Positions 41,269-61,009 of a stretch of DNA of 64,000 bases are shown here, piece after piece. A program made the translations under genes and the position numbers. This stretch comes from the human T2T-CHM13v2.0 reference genome, Homo sapiens, in assembly GCF_009914755.1 (NCBI RefSeq), contig NC_060925.1. One strand, 5' to 3'. Within the stretch, counting starts at the first letter, position 1. Every line of letters begins with the position of its first letter. The notes under the pieces are model-generated. The model searched no databases. It was not told where the DNA came from and saw only the letters and a program-made list of their open reading frames with translations.

Positions 41269-42569
41269 TGGAAAAAACACTCAAAGTGCTTTTTCTGTTC
41301 TCTCACCCAGCAACAATCAACACAGTAGACTTCTGTGAAATGTGTGGGGTTTTTTCCCCAGACACCAAGCAAGTGTTAACCTGAAATAATCGAAAGAATC
41401 AGAGTCTAGCTTTATTCAAGTGAAAAGCTGAGAATGGCCATCTGGGAAACACAAACTCCAGAGAAATGGAGTCTGTGCTCCCAAATTAAAAGTTAAGTTC
41501 TTGCTTATACAGGCAGAAAACAAATGTATTAGGGTTATAGCATTTTCTATGCAAGGCTGGTTTATGAGTTATAACAATCTAATGAGTTACAGCTTGCTTT
41601 CATTTCCTTTTCAATTTAAAAGAGTGTTTTTAACATTTCATCTTAGACATGATAGTCTGTGTATGAAAAAAGTAAAAGGGCAGTTAATCTACAGTGAAGA
41701 GAGAATGGGGCTGCCTAGGTGCCCTTTAATCATTTACAACATTTTATAAAACTATGTGGGTAAGAGAGAAGGCAAATCTAATCAGAGAAACAGTGGTTAC
41801 AGTTCCCTGTTACGTGACTGAGGTCCTATAATCACATTCCTTTAAGGCTCAAAATGTTTTGAAGTTCCAACAGCTTAGATTTTGAATTACTTATTTTCAC
41901 ACAATCAGTTCTCCAGCAGACAGTAGCTGAGTATCCTCTAATTCAGTTCAATTCTGACACTGCCTGGAGACAGTGTGAGATCTCACAGGTTGAGGGATCC
42001 CACTTCTGATGCCATTTGCAAACCCCAGGTTAGTTTGCCTGTGCTTCTGACTGACCGGCTATAAACTGGGGATCCCACAACCCCCTCCTTGGATTCGATT
42101 AATTTACTAAAGCAGCTCACAGAACTCAGGGAAGCATGTTTACTAGCGTATTATAAAGGACATAACAAAGGATACAGAGGAAGAGATGCATGGGGTGAGG
42201 TATGGGGGAAGGATAGAGCTTCCATGTCATTTCTAGGTGAGCCACACTCCAGGAAACTTCATGTCTTCAGCTATCTGGAAGCTTCCCAAACCCTGTCCTT
42301 TTGGGTTTTTATGGAGGCTTCATTACATAGGCATGATTGATTAATTGGCCATTGGTGATCAACTTAACCTTCAGCCGCTCTCCCTATCTGGATCTTTCTA
42401 ATCATGCCTTGATCTTTCTGCATGACCAGCCCACATCCTGAAGCTACCTACAGGCTGCCAGCCATCAGTCAACTCATTAGAAAGACATCACTTTAGAGAG
42501 TCCAAGGATTTTAAGAGCTGTATATCAGGAAATGGGTCAAAGACCAAATATGTATTTTGTAATATTACA
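41269..42569 (-). mobile_element. MER21-like LTR, split by a nested LTR
   Basis: minus-strand start tgtaatatt...tatttggtctttgacccatttcctg; aacaatcaacacag and tcctctaattcagttcaattctgacac motifs on either side of the insert. Confidence 0.8.
41374..41901 (-). mobile_element. ERV1-class solo LTR (MER34/MER39-like), 528 bp
   Basis: TG...CA termini, flanks caag / caat, minus-strand start tgtgaaaataagtaattcaaaatctaagctgttggaac. Family name tentative. Confidence 0.75.
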
Positions 42570-42884
42570 TCATCAGTAAAGCAGTTCTGTGCAACCTTAA
42601 AAAGGAGAATAAAGATGATCTTTATGTGGTAATGTGGTATGATTTTCAAGAATATTATTAAGAAAACAAGATAGCACTTAATATGTAGCACATGATATAT
42701 AGGTTTATAGCATAAACTATATAAAAGCACTGCTACCTTTTATATAAGAAGAAGAGACATGCATATAATCTAAATGTTTTCATATAATTTTGAAAAGAAA
42801 CACTGGAAGAATAAATCAAAAGCAAATATAGTTACCTTTTCGGCAGAGGAAAGGGATTAGAAGTGAGACTTTGAATTTTCATTT

Positions 42885-43175
42885 TATTTTATTTATATAT
42901 TTTTTCGAGACAGGGTCTGGCTCTGTCACCCAGGCTAGAGTGAGGGCAGTGGCACAGTCTCTGCAGCATCTGCCTCCTGGCCTCAAGCCATCCTCCTACT
43001 TCAGCCTCCCAAGTAGCTAGGACTACAGGTGCACACCACCACGCCTGGCTAATTTTTGTAGAGATGGGGTTTTGCCATGTTGTCCAGGCTGGTCTCAAAC
43101 TCCTGGACTCAAGAAATCCACCCTCCTCAGTCTCCCAAAGTGCTGGGATTATAGGTGTGAGACACCATACCCAGA
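42885..43175 (-). mobile_element. AluJ
   Basis: gagacagggtct, ctcaagccatcctcc AluJ-type positions. Confidence 0.9.
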
Positions 43176-43332
43176 CAGAATATGTTTTTAAAATATTTTT
43201 GACTTTGGAATCATCCACATATTTAGCCCTTCAAAGAAAAGTAAGTCAAAAACGTGAAAAGCATATTGAGATTTTTTAACTTACTAGCTGCAAAAAGAAA
43301 AAAAAATTGGCTCCTTTTGGTTCTTTAGTTTT

Positions 43333-48952
<5,620 letters not shown>

Positions 48953-49629
48953 TGGTTCTTTAGTTTTAATGGTCACTCTTAATCTGTATGTTAATTTCAA
49001 ACTCTCCACCACTGGGTATAGCCTGCCCTTAAATTAATCTGTTGTTTTGCTTAATTAATCCTTTGGAAACATGAATTCCAGTCATACCTCAGCAACTAAA
49101 TATTTTAATATGGTTAGCATCCAGTGTAAGTAGCAATTAACTTACTTTGAGATATTCAATAAAAAATATATTCTCACAGTGTTATTTAAAATTTTGTATT
49201 TTAGGTAATCAGTTAAATAAGAGTTCTTTTTCTTTGTTTTTATTTCACAATTTAGGTTTACTTAAACATGTAACTTTGGAAGTCAGCATGGAGTTTGGGC
49301 CCAGAATGGAAATTGGGTGTCAGAGATTTGTTTTTGGTCATGTCATTTGACTGTACCAGTCAGCTCTATGATGGCAGAAAACTTTCACATTGTTTTCTAT
49401 CACTGCCTCTTGCCAAGGTCCACTGGGGTTATTTTTACTGTTGATGTTTTCCTGAGCTTTTGCATTTTTTTCTGTGGGCTGGTCCTTTTATACACTTTAA
49501 AAATCAGCTTCTCCTAAAATCAGGACTTTACTGTAGGCAAAGTTCTCTGAAAGAGCCCACAAAGTCACTTTTATAACTTTAACCCCGACTAGTTAAAAGC
49601 ACTCACTATGTTGATGAAATCCTATTTTA

Positions 49630-50080
49630 GTTTGGGTTGCCCTAGAGACATGATTCATGTCCCCCTGTGACATGGATTCAAGTGCAAGTAGTTTATCTGG
49701 GAGGTGATCCTAACAAACACCTGTAGAGGAGTGGAGAAGTGAGACAGGGAAGGGAAGGAGCCAGCATCGGGTTCAGTGTCAATTAAGTTACCACTATAGG
49801 CAACAGGAGCTTAAGTTGCTGAGTAACTCGGGGAGCCAGCGTAGGAGTCATGTTTCAGAGTTATCCCACTGGAGGGGAAGAAGGGAAATGGGATTTATAG
49901 ACCAACTCCTCAGTCGTTGGAAGACAGCTGCTGAAAAGTGAGGGAGTGTGAATCAGATTTTTTCCACTTGGCAGATATGCAAAGCAAGCTTTGGGGTTAG
50001 AGAAAGATGTTAGGTGAAATGCTGGCAGTTAGAAGGAAAAGGGGTGCGAAGCAGGGGAGGGGTATGTCAGGGTACTGACA
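49630..50080. mobile_element. Old ERVL-class LTR (LTR16/LTR33-like)
   Basis: gattcaagtgcaagtagtttatctgggaggtgatcc ... gtgagacagggaaggg. Confidence 0.6.
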
Positions 50081-50618
50081 CAAAGTACCCCTTTGTCTAC
50101 TACAAAGCTAGAACTCATTTAGAAAAAGCAAAGCAATAACAACAAATAACAGCGAAAAAGGGAATCAGGTTAAAGGAATCAGAAAAGACAGAAAAATGCT
50201 AATCAGAAAAAAAAGCTTTGTTATAGAATCTTAGTTAATCCATTCCTAATTTTCAGCAAAGAAGATCCACAAATTATACTAACATGTTGCTTGTGAAAAA
50301 GGAGGCACTACCCTCCAAGTCTCGTAGTTGAAGAAGAATGGAACCCAACTTTTCCACAGCATTACTTCCCATAATGCTCCAAGGTGCACCTCTTTTCTTC
50401 AGTTAGCACTGTCTCCCTACTGCCCAGTGTGCTCATGCCAGGCTCGTGGTAACTGCTGTGCCTTTGTTCGTGCTGCTCAGCCTGCCTGCAATCCTCTCCA
50501 TGTTGTGAAAAGTCTTCCCACCTGGAGGACCTAACTCAGACCCTCCTCTGGCCAGTGAGGTCCTGCCAACAACCTCCTGATTTCTCCCTCCTTACCCACC
50601 TGGCTAGGGTAAGAAGAA

Positions 50619-51035
50619 TGGCTGGGCAGAAGAATGGCCCCAAAGATGGCCAAGTCCTAATCCCTGAAACCTGTGAATATATTACCTTACTTCACAAAAG
50701 AGACTTTTCAGATGTAATTAAGTTAAAGATTTTGAGATGGGAGATTATTCTGTATTATCCAAGTGGGCCCAATATAATAAAAAAGGGATCTTAAAAGATG
50801 GAAGTGGAAGGCAGAAGAGTCAGAGTCAAAGACAAATCTGAAGAGGCTATGCTGCTGGCTTTGAAGATGGAGGAAGAGGCCGGGGCCAAGGAATGCAGGT
50901 GACCTCTAGATGTCACGAAAGTCAAGGAAACAGATTCTTTCTAGAGCATGTGACACCTTGATTTTAGCCCAATGGAACGTATTTTGGACTTCTGACCTCC
51001 AGAACTGCAAGATAATTAATTTGTGCTATTTTAAG
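50619..51035 (+). mobile_element. MaLR LTR (MLT1-type)
   Basis: aatggccccaaagatg, gagatgggagattattctg, ggacttctgacctccagaactg. Confidence 0.88.
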
Positions 51036-51069
51036 TCACACACATACATACACACACGCACAAATTCAC

Positions 51070-51280
51070 TATATAGCCAGAGTGCCTGGGTTCAAATGCT
51101 GTTTTAACTTTTTAGCTGTGTGAGCTTGGACAAGTCACTTAGCTTCTCTGTGACTCAATTTTTCATCTTTAAAATGGGGACAATGATAATACCTACCTCA
51201 TAATTTGTTGTGTGTGACTTAAATGGGTTAAGATGTGTATATAAAGTCTTGAACAGCGCCTGCCACACTTTCAGTAAAAG
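51070..51280. mobile_element. MIR SINE
   Basis: cctgggttcaaat, ttggacaagtcacttagcttctctgtg, aaaatgggga...aatacctacctca. Confidence 0.85.
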
Positions 51281-51766
51281 TGCTAATTCTTGCCTGCCTT
51301 TCTTAAAGGAAGGCTATTGGGAAGCAGACACCATCCACTTAAAGGTAGTCTTCTCTTACTACCGTGACATGTTGTTTCATGTAATTGACTCTTACTCATT
51401 CATCACCAAATGGGGAAAGACAGAGAGAAAAAAGGCAAGAAAAAAAACAAAGAGATATAGTTCATCTATATCTTCCCTAGTTACTTTGGAATGACTAGTT
51501 CTTGGCTACCTGATGGGCCAGTTCCTAAACCAAATCCTGGATAGGTTCTACCTGCATCATTTAAGAGGACAAAAGATTAACTGTACTTTCAAAGATGCCC
51601 TTTTCTCCTTTTCTGCAGTGTCCCTCCTAGATGCTGAATTTTTTCACAGCAACATACTCGGCCATTAAGAGTCAAAGCTCTATTACCATATTGTGAGGAA
51701 ATGATAGGGTTTGAACACTATGTAGATTGGATCAAATATAAGTATACCATTTTTAACTTGTACTAG

Positions 51767-52130
51767 TGATATGGTTTGGATTTGTGTCCCTACTCAAACC
51801 TCATGTAGCATTGGAGGAAGGACCTGGTGGAAGGTGATTGGATCATGGGTGTAGATTTCCCCCTTGCTGTTCTTGTGATAGTGAGTTCTCATGAGATCTG
51901 ATGATTTAAAAGTGTGTGGCACTTCCTCCTTCACTGTCTCTTTCTCTCCTGTCACCATGTGAAGAAGGTCCTGTCTTCTTCACCTTCTGCCATGACTGTA
52001 AATTTCCTGAGGCCTCCTACTCATGCTTCCTGTTAAGCCTGTGGAACTGTGAGTCAATTAAACCTCTTCTTTTCATAAATTACGTAGTCCCAGGTAGTTT
52101 TTTATAGCAGTATGAAGGCAGACAAATACA
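51767..52130 (+). mobile_element. MaLR solo LTR (MST/THE1 group)
   Basis: tgatatggtttgg ... aataca with perfect 5-bp TSD actag at 51762-51766 and 52131-52135. Confidence 0.92.
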
Positions 52131-55100
52131 ACTAGGTAGACATAGTTTAACTCAGATTCCTGATAGCTAGTTGAAACCAGAGATTAATTAGCATTTTGGT
52201 CCTATTCCTTTTGGATTTTTCTTGCTGACCTTTTTGTTCTGGGCTAATACTTGTCATTTCTGAAGCTACCTGAATGGTAATTCATTCAATTTTGATAGTC
52301 TTAACAAGTACTTCTTGTTGTCTCATCTGGTTTTTCTAAACAAGGTCCTGTTTCTTGACTTCTGTGCTTTTTAAAATGCAGATTTGCCTAAAGAGCTTGT
52401 TCTCCTGCCTGTGTCCATCCTTACCTAACCGCTGCTTTCAGATGGAGTGGGGCAGTTCCTCCAGGTCTCATTAGCATTTCAATACAAATGTTACCATATT
52501 TAATATGAATAATATGAATTTATTCCTGTCTGATCTTCTCTCAAAGCCGTGTATATTTTCTGGAGCTTTTTGCCCAATACTGTATTGACTTTAGTCTCTT
52601 CCCATTTTAAGATTTAATTTTTACTTATATTGCTGGTGTGATTTTAGTTTCTTATTCATAAAAATGAAGAGAAGAGATTCTATTAAGATAAATTGCACAT
52701 TGAGAATTGAGAATGCTGATTGTTCCTAAGTATAATTCTTTCCAATGTATGTTTGAATGGAGGATAAGATACTTTGCTTTCTGTTTATTAGAGGTTCTTT
52801 TTTAGATATGACTGAATTGGGAGGCTCTTCACTGTTATGCTATTTAGCTGTTATTGTGAAGGGTTGAAAGTCACGTCAAACAAGGGCTGGTTTAGATGTC
52901 AGTAATCTGCCATTTGGAATTTCTAAGTATATAATACATTCTTCAGCAGACGTGTTAAGTGGTTATTATGTTCTAAGCATTGTGCTGGGGGAATAAAATG
53001 AATATGGCATTTCATTCTTATTCTCTTCACTCTAGAGAACATAACTGTGATGAGATACTGCAGTGTGTGCAGAGCTTTTGTCTTGGCAATGTCACACCCA
53101 ACTCTGCCACTAACTCTTACCTATGTATAACAAAGAACAAGTTATTTTAACCTCTCCAAGTTAGTTTTCTCATCAGTAAAATGAGGGAGTGATTTTAACA
53201 TTTTCTTAAAGGTTACTTAAGGTTGTTGTGAGGATTAAATTAAAAAAAATTTATGAAAGCATTTTAAAAACTATTAAGTGCTATCTAAACAATGACATTA
53301 CTAATTATTTACAAATTTGACATTATACACTGGTGTTTTTGGTCCAAAGACCAGATGCATTAGGTGTTATAACTAAGTTCCAGAAGCTTATGGAAAAGGA
53401 TGACTTTTTCATGACTTTGGCTCTAAGTTCTAGGGGTACCTTAGGACATCTTAATATCCCCATTATTGGTAAAGCATGTTCTCTATAAATATGCATTGAT
53501 TTGAGCCAGAGGTTTCAGAAACACAGTATAATTATAAAGTAAAGCACAATCCCAGGTGATAAGATTTTTGGTTATCTATTCTATAGAAGGCTTATGAAAT
53601 TCTGGATTAATAGGTAATTATCCATCACTATGAATTAATTATATTTATGCAAATGTGACTGAATATTTAATTTAAATGTGAATTGCGTTACCATTATGGG
53701 CCAGTTTTCTTTGGCTTTTTTGTCCCCTGAAAATATGATATACAACATAAGCCAAATTTATTTTTAAAATTTATTTTTAAAACTATAATTTTCTTTCTTT
53801 GTGTTTGTAGATTGTAAGAACCCCTACAATATATAGGAAAACTTAGCTCATAAGCTGATTCATCAAGATGAATCTGTAATCTTGTTTTAATTAATATTAC
53901 TTGACATTTATTCTCAGATCTAAGTAATAATTTTAACTGAAATTTTTTATTGTTAAACATTGTGATTGTCAGTAGACTGTTCTTCAGAAGTTTTCGTAAT
54001 GCATACCCTTTTTTGTTTGGTTTGTTTATAATTACTGGTAGATAATTTTATTTACTGTTGAAGTAGTGAGGCTCTTTCACTAAAAGCTGCTTCTGAAGTA
54101 AGATTTGAATATATTTTTACTTGTAAAAAATTACTGGCAGTAAAGAGTAATAAGTAACTACTGCTTATTTAATCTGTTAGCATTTAAGGGTAAAGCTTTC
54201 AAATTAATATTATGTTTATGATTGTAAGATTATAACTGTGATTTACCTTCAGCTTTTGAAGAATAAAATCATTGCCCTGTTTTACTGGTAAACTCATACC
54301 TAATGACTCATCTCTTTTTATTTATGATAGGGAAATGGTGCTTCATTGTGAATGCTAGAATTGGGTTAGTCAACCAGAAGTGAACCTCTAATTGTTTCCA
54401 AATGCTTACTTTTTGGGTTTGGATGTAGCTCTAAGTCTTAGCTCAGTCAGGAATTTGCTAAGCTTGTCGTTTTCTACATTTCCTTTCATTATGGCTAGAT
54501 AGATCCAAGCTAAAATCTGGTTTATGCTTCTCTATTACAATAGTTAATCAGAAAAATATGGACACAAACTCCTGAGCTAAACACAATTTTAAAAGGCAAA
54601 AACTAGAGTTTCTAAAGGTTTCTTTTACATTTTTATGACTCTTTAAATTATTATAGAAATTGGCCTTGTTCTAAATTGTGTATCACCGTGTGATTTAGCA
54701 AGTACCTTTATTCTCTACCATAGTTTTATGACCTAGTTATTGCTCCTACAGCTGAAATTCTTGCATTATTTTTAAATTGCTATTGGAGAAAGTTAGTGTG
54801 ACATATCCATTTGCTTTGGTGAAATGCTTGCTGCTGTTGAGTGTAAAGATTTTATTAAAATTCTACCTAAAAAGACAACCATTCCAAATTTCAGTATAAG
54901 CAAATCAATAAAAACCACAATTGATCCTAATGAAAAAAAGAGATAAAAATGCACTATAATTTTATTTCCTTATATCAGTGATGATGTCTTATAATTTAGT
55001 TAATTTTAAAATATATGTTTATTTCTAACATTTTATTAAAATGTTTATCTACATATTGTTCTTGAATGGTGTTAAAATGAGTGATCTCTAAATTTCCTTT

Positions 55101-56905
55101 TAATTCTAATATGATATTATTTGTGATCATGTAACTTCTTTACTAATTCTAGAGTCCTCAAACTAAGGGCCTCATGTGAAAGCGAATTTTAGGAGGAAAA
55201 AAGGAAGTACTAGGTTATTTTTTAAAAAGGTGGTGGCAGGGAGTAGCAGACTTTGGAAGGCAACACACATGGAATACACACATAAAAATTTGAACAAAGA
55301 TTTGGATAAATCTGTAGATGTTTTTTCTAGGTGACTTATTAAGAGACTGTTGGACTGTCTAAGGGAATGTCTTTAATGTTTTAAGGCTGATCTCCTCAAG
55401 GATTATTATAGATGGGATTCACCATCTGTTACTGTGTTTAGCTCCTTGGGGGAAACAACTAGACTAAACCTGAATATTCTAAAACAATAAATTTTTAAAA
55501 GTTGTTCACAAAAGTTATTCACACCTATTGCTTAAGTAATGTTATTTCTCATACTGTATGCCTTCTGTTGCAGTTGAGTCAGTGCCTCTTCTATTCCTTT
55601 TTCTCTTCCCCTTTACTTTTAAAGGTATGTTTAAAAAGAAGTTATCAACATACCAATTAAGAAAACCATTTACCAAAAGTTCATGGAAAATGAAAATGGA
55701 TACAAGCATAATATGTAGTTGCTTTAAATTCATATGTGCCTTCTTCTAAATGGTTGGCCCTAAATAAGTTTGATGACTGATTTCCATTGCCTTCTCTGCA
55801 GGCTTATTAAAAATAAAGTTATGAATTTCTCTGAGATGAAATATTCTATATTATTTATTTTTGTATTTCCAGTGTCTAGCACATGCTTGCTACATGGTTG
55901 GCATATAACAGATGTTTGTTGACTTGAACTTTTCAAAACTGAACTTGGAGTCTAACGACCTGATCTGTTCTAGTTCTCCTGCTTAATAGCTGTGTCCTTA
56001 AACAAGTTACTTTGGTGCTCTAGGTCACCATTGCCACAACTCGAGAGTAAGGTCCCACCTGGTTCCAGAAAATCTGATGCCAGATATATAGTAGTAGATC
56101 CTTAATAATCGCTTAATATTGATTGCTTAATAAAATTCATTTGCTGGATTTTCTATCATGATAGAATAAATCATTTTGCCAAGTATATCTATGTGTCATT
56201 TGGTGACACTGCTTTTTTCCCCTTAGTATATAAAAACAATTTATATTTTCTTTCATTTCCAAATATATTCTCTCTCTAGTATTCTTTATAGTTTAACCAC
56301 TTTTTCTTATTGAATGGAAAATATATAAAAGATGAAAGAAATTGCCTGGATGTTTAGTCTACTCCTTCATTTTATAGATGAGAAAACTGATGCTCTGGAA
56401 GACTATGTGATTTGCTTAAAGCTATTTAATGGCAGAATCAGAACCCAAGTGTCATGGTTTCCATGAGTGTAATTTTCACGTCAGATATCTAAACATTGTT
56501 AATAGTTCCCTAGATTGAGATTGGAGAAGAAATTATTAAAATAACTAAACTTACGAGGTAGGTAGGAAAAAAACCTTTTTTCTAATTCTCAAACATAATT
56601 CAAGGAGAACAATTTTTGTGCCCATTTTCTGAGTACAGTTAGGAAAAGATAAAAATTTTAAGTTTAATATATGAAAACATTCTGTGATGGATTCTTTTTT
56701 TTTCCTGAGAAATGAGGATGGAGAGAGTAAAGAAAAATGATGGTTGAATTGTACCTAATTAATATGCCATCATTTTTTTCTTTGCCTTTTTTGTAAACAC
56801 AGGAAGTCTTCAGCTATTTAATAGCAACACAGTAGGTAGAAACAGATCCCACTCTTTAGTTTAGATGAATGAATAACCAATATTCTTCACTGTCAAAATC
56901 CTTAA

Positions 56906-57312
<407 letters not shown>

Positions 57313-58135
57313 AGTATTTGCATTGTTTAATCTAATGGCCTTTTTCTGTTTCTGTTTTTCTTCATTGAGGCATTTACTGTTGCTGGAAATGTTTCCCCTT
57401 TTTCCAGATGTTTTACTTACTGTGACTTTACTTTCTTTACTTTACTTTCTTTTCTTAACTGCTAATGATTCCATATATTATTTAAGATTTAGTATTGATC
57501 CCTAGCCTTAGATATACTTTTAAAATTTATGAATTAATTATGTTTAACAGATTCAGCTACAAATTCTGTTCCATAAACATTTATTTGCCAAACACCATCT
57601 GAGATGCTGGGTTTACAAACATAAATAAGATAATTCCTACCTTAAAGCAGCTTTCTGGTTAGAGGGAGGGGGAAACACAATCTGGTAATTATCACGCAAT
57701 GTAGTAATAGTATAGGTAGCACAGATTTTTTTCATAGGAACACAGAGAAGACACTTCATACAGTGTAGAAGACAGTTTGGGATCAGGAAATATACCCTAA
57801 AAGAGGTGACACTTGAAATTTTAAAGAAGGAGTGTAAGACTATAGGGCAGCTTAGGGACATTCTAAGCAGAAGTTATAGTTTGAGCAAAACCATGAAAGT
57901 AATAAACAGCATAAGGTAAAGTACAAGTATGTTATATTTGGAGAGTTTAAAATATGAAGCAAGGATTAATAGGAGGTGAAGGTAGAGGGGCCAGATCCAA
58001 AAATATACTGTGTTAAAGAGCCAGCACTTAATTCCCTAGGCAGTGGGGAGCTTTTGACACATTTCTTAGTGGTAAAGGGATAGGGTCACATACCTATTTT
58101 ATGTAGATTAGTCTAACGTCTCTATAAAATATGGT

Positions 58136-58687
58136 TGTATTAGTTATCTGTGGATACATAATGAAGTACCCAAAAACCTAGTAGCTAAAATAATACACAT
58201 TATTATCTTATACGTTCTGTGGTTTAGGAACCTGGGCATAGCTAACTATGTTGCCTGGCTCAGGATCTCTCACAAGGCAGTAATCAAGGTAGCAGCCGGG
58301 GCTGCAGTTATTCCAAGGTTCATTTGGGGGAGAATCTACTTCTGAGCTCACTCAAGTGGTTACTGACAGGATTATGTTCCTTTTGGGCTGTTGAACTGAG
58401 GGTCTGTCTAGTATTTCTCAAGAAGTATCCTTCAATTTCTTGCCACATGTTCCTCACTATAGCACAGCTCACAACACAGCAGCTATGAGAGAGCAAGTGA
58501 AAGCAAACGAGGAGGGTATACAAGACAGAGGCCAGAGTCTTTTTACTTAATCTTGGCAGTGATGTCTCATCACTTTGTCATACTCTGTTCATTAGCAGCA
58601 AGTCACTAAGTCCTGAAACTTTACATAGGGCATGAATACTACATAGGGCAGGGTCATTGGGAGCCATCACTGAAGCTGCCTGTTACG
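58136..58687. mobile_element. MaLR LTR (MLT1-type) inserted in L2 (~57560-58890)
   Basis: tgtattagttatctgt start; cattagcagcaagtcactaagtcc; L2-like sequence both sides. Confidence 0.78.
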
Positions 58688-59772
58688 TGGACTTGAGGAA
58701 ATAAGACTAGAGCTGAAGGGACCACTTAGGAAGCTATTATAATAATCCACGTAAAAGATACGGATATTATTGTGGACATGCATAGTACAATGAAGGGGAA
58801 GGAACTGAGTCAAGAAATATTTAGGATATTAAATCACGAGAACTTGGTGATTTAAGGGAGAAAAAGGAATTAAGGGTGACATCTAATTTTTCTTGGTTCT
58901 TAAATCACTATTGACTAAATAATATTTTTACTTGAATGTGACTGAAACTCCTGTCCACATTTAGCTTTCTATCCTCATCACTGCCATCTTCTCCATATTT
59001 TTTAGTAATCTGTTTGTCCTTAACATTGCTCTCACTGTGTCTTTCATTAGATCCAGTTAGACACCAGTTATTTCTATTTGCTTAATTTTCCTATTTGTCT
59101 TTGTTCCTATGGTTACCCTCCTTGTCCAAATTCTTATCACTATGCACTTAAAGTATGAAAACAGTCTCCTCATTTCTTTCCTGTGCCCTGTGCCCTTCTT
59201 CAGGGCAGAGTCTGAAACATTTGATTATCTTTCTGTCATTCGTTTAACCAACAATTGGGCCCACTTTATGACCAGCACTTTGCTAGACCTTGAGAATATA
59301 ATAGTGAGCCAGATAAGCATTGTCTCTATTCTTTTGGGTCTTTCTTGGTACCTCTCTTTCCTTTCCATCTGTCAAAATAACACCAGTCCTGAAAGTATAC
59401 TTGCTTCTACTCTTCTTATGAGCTCTTCCTTGAAAGATGGATGTTCTTTTTATCTTCTTCACCTACAGCTATTATCTGAAGTTTTACTTTGAAAATTTTG
59501 AAATTCTGTAAGTTTAAAAGTGAGCACTGATTTAAGCTATTAAGTGTAGTGAAGCTATTTCTGACCTCCCCTCTCAATCTACTTCAAGCAGTAGAACAGT
59601 ACATTACCAGTCTGAATCATTGGAATCACATGGAGAGCTTTTTGGACATTCCCTCAAAGATTCTGATTCAATATATCAGAAGTGAAAACAAAATAAAACT
59701 CTAAGGTGAATTGGATATGTGCTAGATTAGAAAGGCATTGCATTAGAGTCACCCTCACCATTCTACTATTAA

Positions 59773-60096
<324 letters not shown>

Positions 60097-60663
60097 TGTT
60101 TTGTGTACATTTAATCATCCAAATAGCCTAAAGCAGTAGTTTCAAATACTAATTGAGGACTAGTTACATCAACACATGCAGACTTTTGGGCACCATCCCT
60201 AGAGGAGCTGAGTTCATTTCACTGCATCTGTGGTTATCGCCAGGCTTCTATATTTTTTAAGTAATGAAATATGACTGATATTGGACAAATAGGCTGATGT
60301 ATTCATTTTTTTGTATTTTCCTTATCAGTGCTACTATGATTACTTTGGAAGGTTCTGACCACGTGGAGTCATATTTTAACTAACAGTTGAAAATGTGCTG
60401 GGTTTAGATGATATGATATTATTTCAGTTTTATAGCTTTACTCTTTCATACATTAATACATTTTCTCTAGCTCTTTTATTTTTACTTCAGATAATTTACT
60501 GATCACGTGGAAAATCTAAAACAATGACTGGTTGATTGTTTTTTCTCATATTATTCCCGTAAGTCCTATTATATTCTACCGTAGGGAGGCATATTATTAC
60601 TTTCTTGCTGGATGGGATTAGCAGAATGTGACTTTAATAAATTGTTGTCTTCCTTTTCCTTAG

Positions 60664-60754
60664 TGTTATTCCTCTTTTAAGAGAATCTGTTGGAATATTA
60701 ATGCAGAGAACTCCTCCCCTATTAGAAAATAGTCTGCCTCAGTGCTATCAGAGG
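60664..60754 (+). CDS. SLC30A7: ZnT7 coding exon (exon 9), 91 nt; end of TM6 and start of the cytosolic C-terminal domain
   Basis: ttttccttag|T acceptor, AGG|gtgagt donor; (S)VIPLLRESVGILMQRTPPLLENSLPQCYQR, phase matches exon 8 (AG+T = Ser). Confidence 0.96.
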
Positions 60755-61009
60755 GTGAGTTTCAAATACTCCAAACCATTGGATTTTATGCTGTTTTCAA
60801 TCTCTTGATTTTCAGCTTTCACAAATATGGGTAACATGTGTGTATAATTGACTGTTTCTTCCAAGATTGAATGCTGACCATGAAATGTCATTTATACAAA
60901 CCAGAATAAAATTGTCGGAAAATATTGAACTTTACTAAAGAAAATGTGGTAGAAATTGTTCTGATCTAGAAATTGAGCAGTTTTTAAAAATATAGAATAT
61001 CTATAGCAG

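Noticed and set aside
53300-55900. Repeat-poor AT-rich stretch as a possible enhancer or conserved element
   Set aside because: No motif or structure I can support from sequence alone; needs conservation and chromatin data.
59109-59492. 127-aa ATG-initiated ORF
   Set aside because: No recognisable domain, lies in degenerate repeat-like intronic DNA, and its length is within chance for 64 kb.
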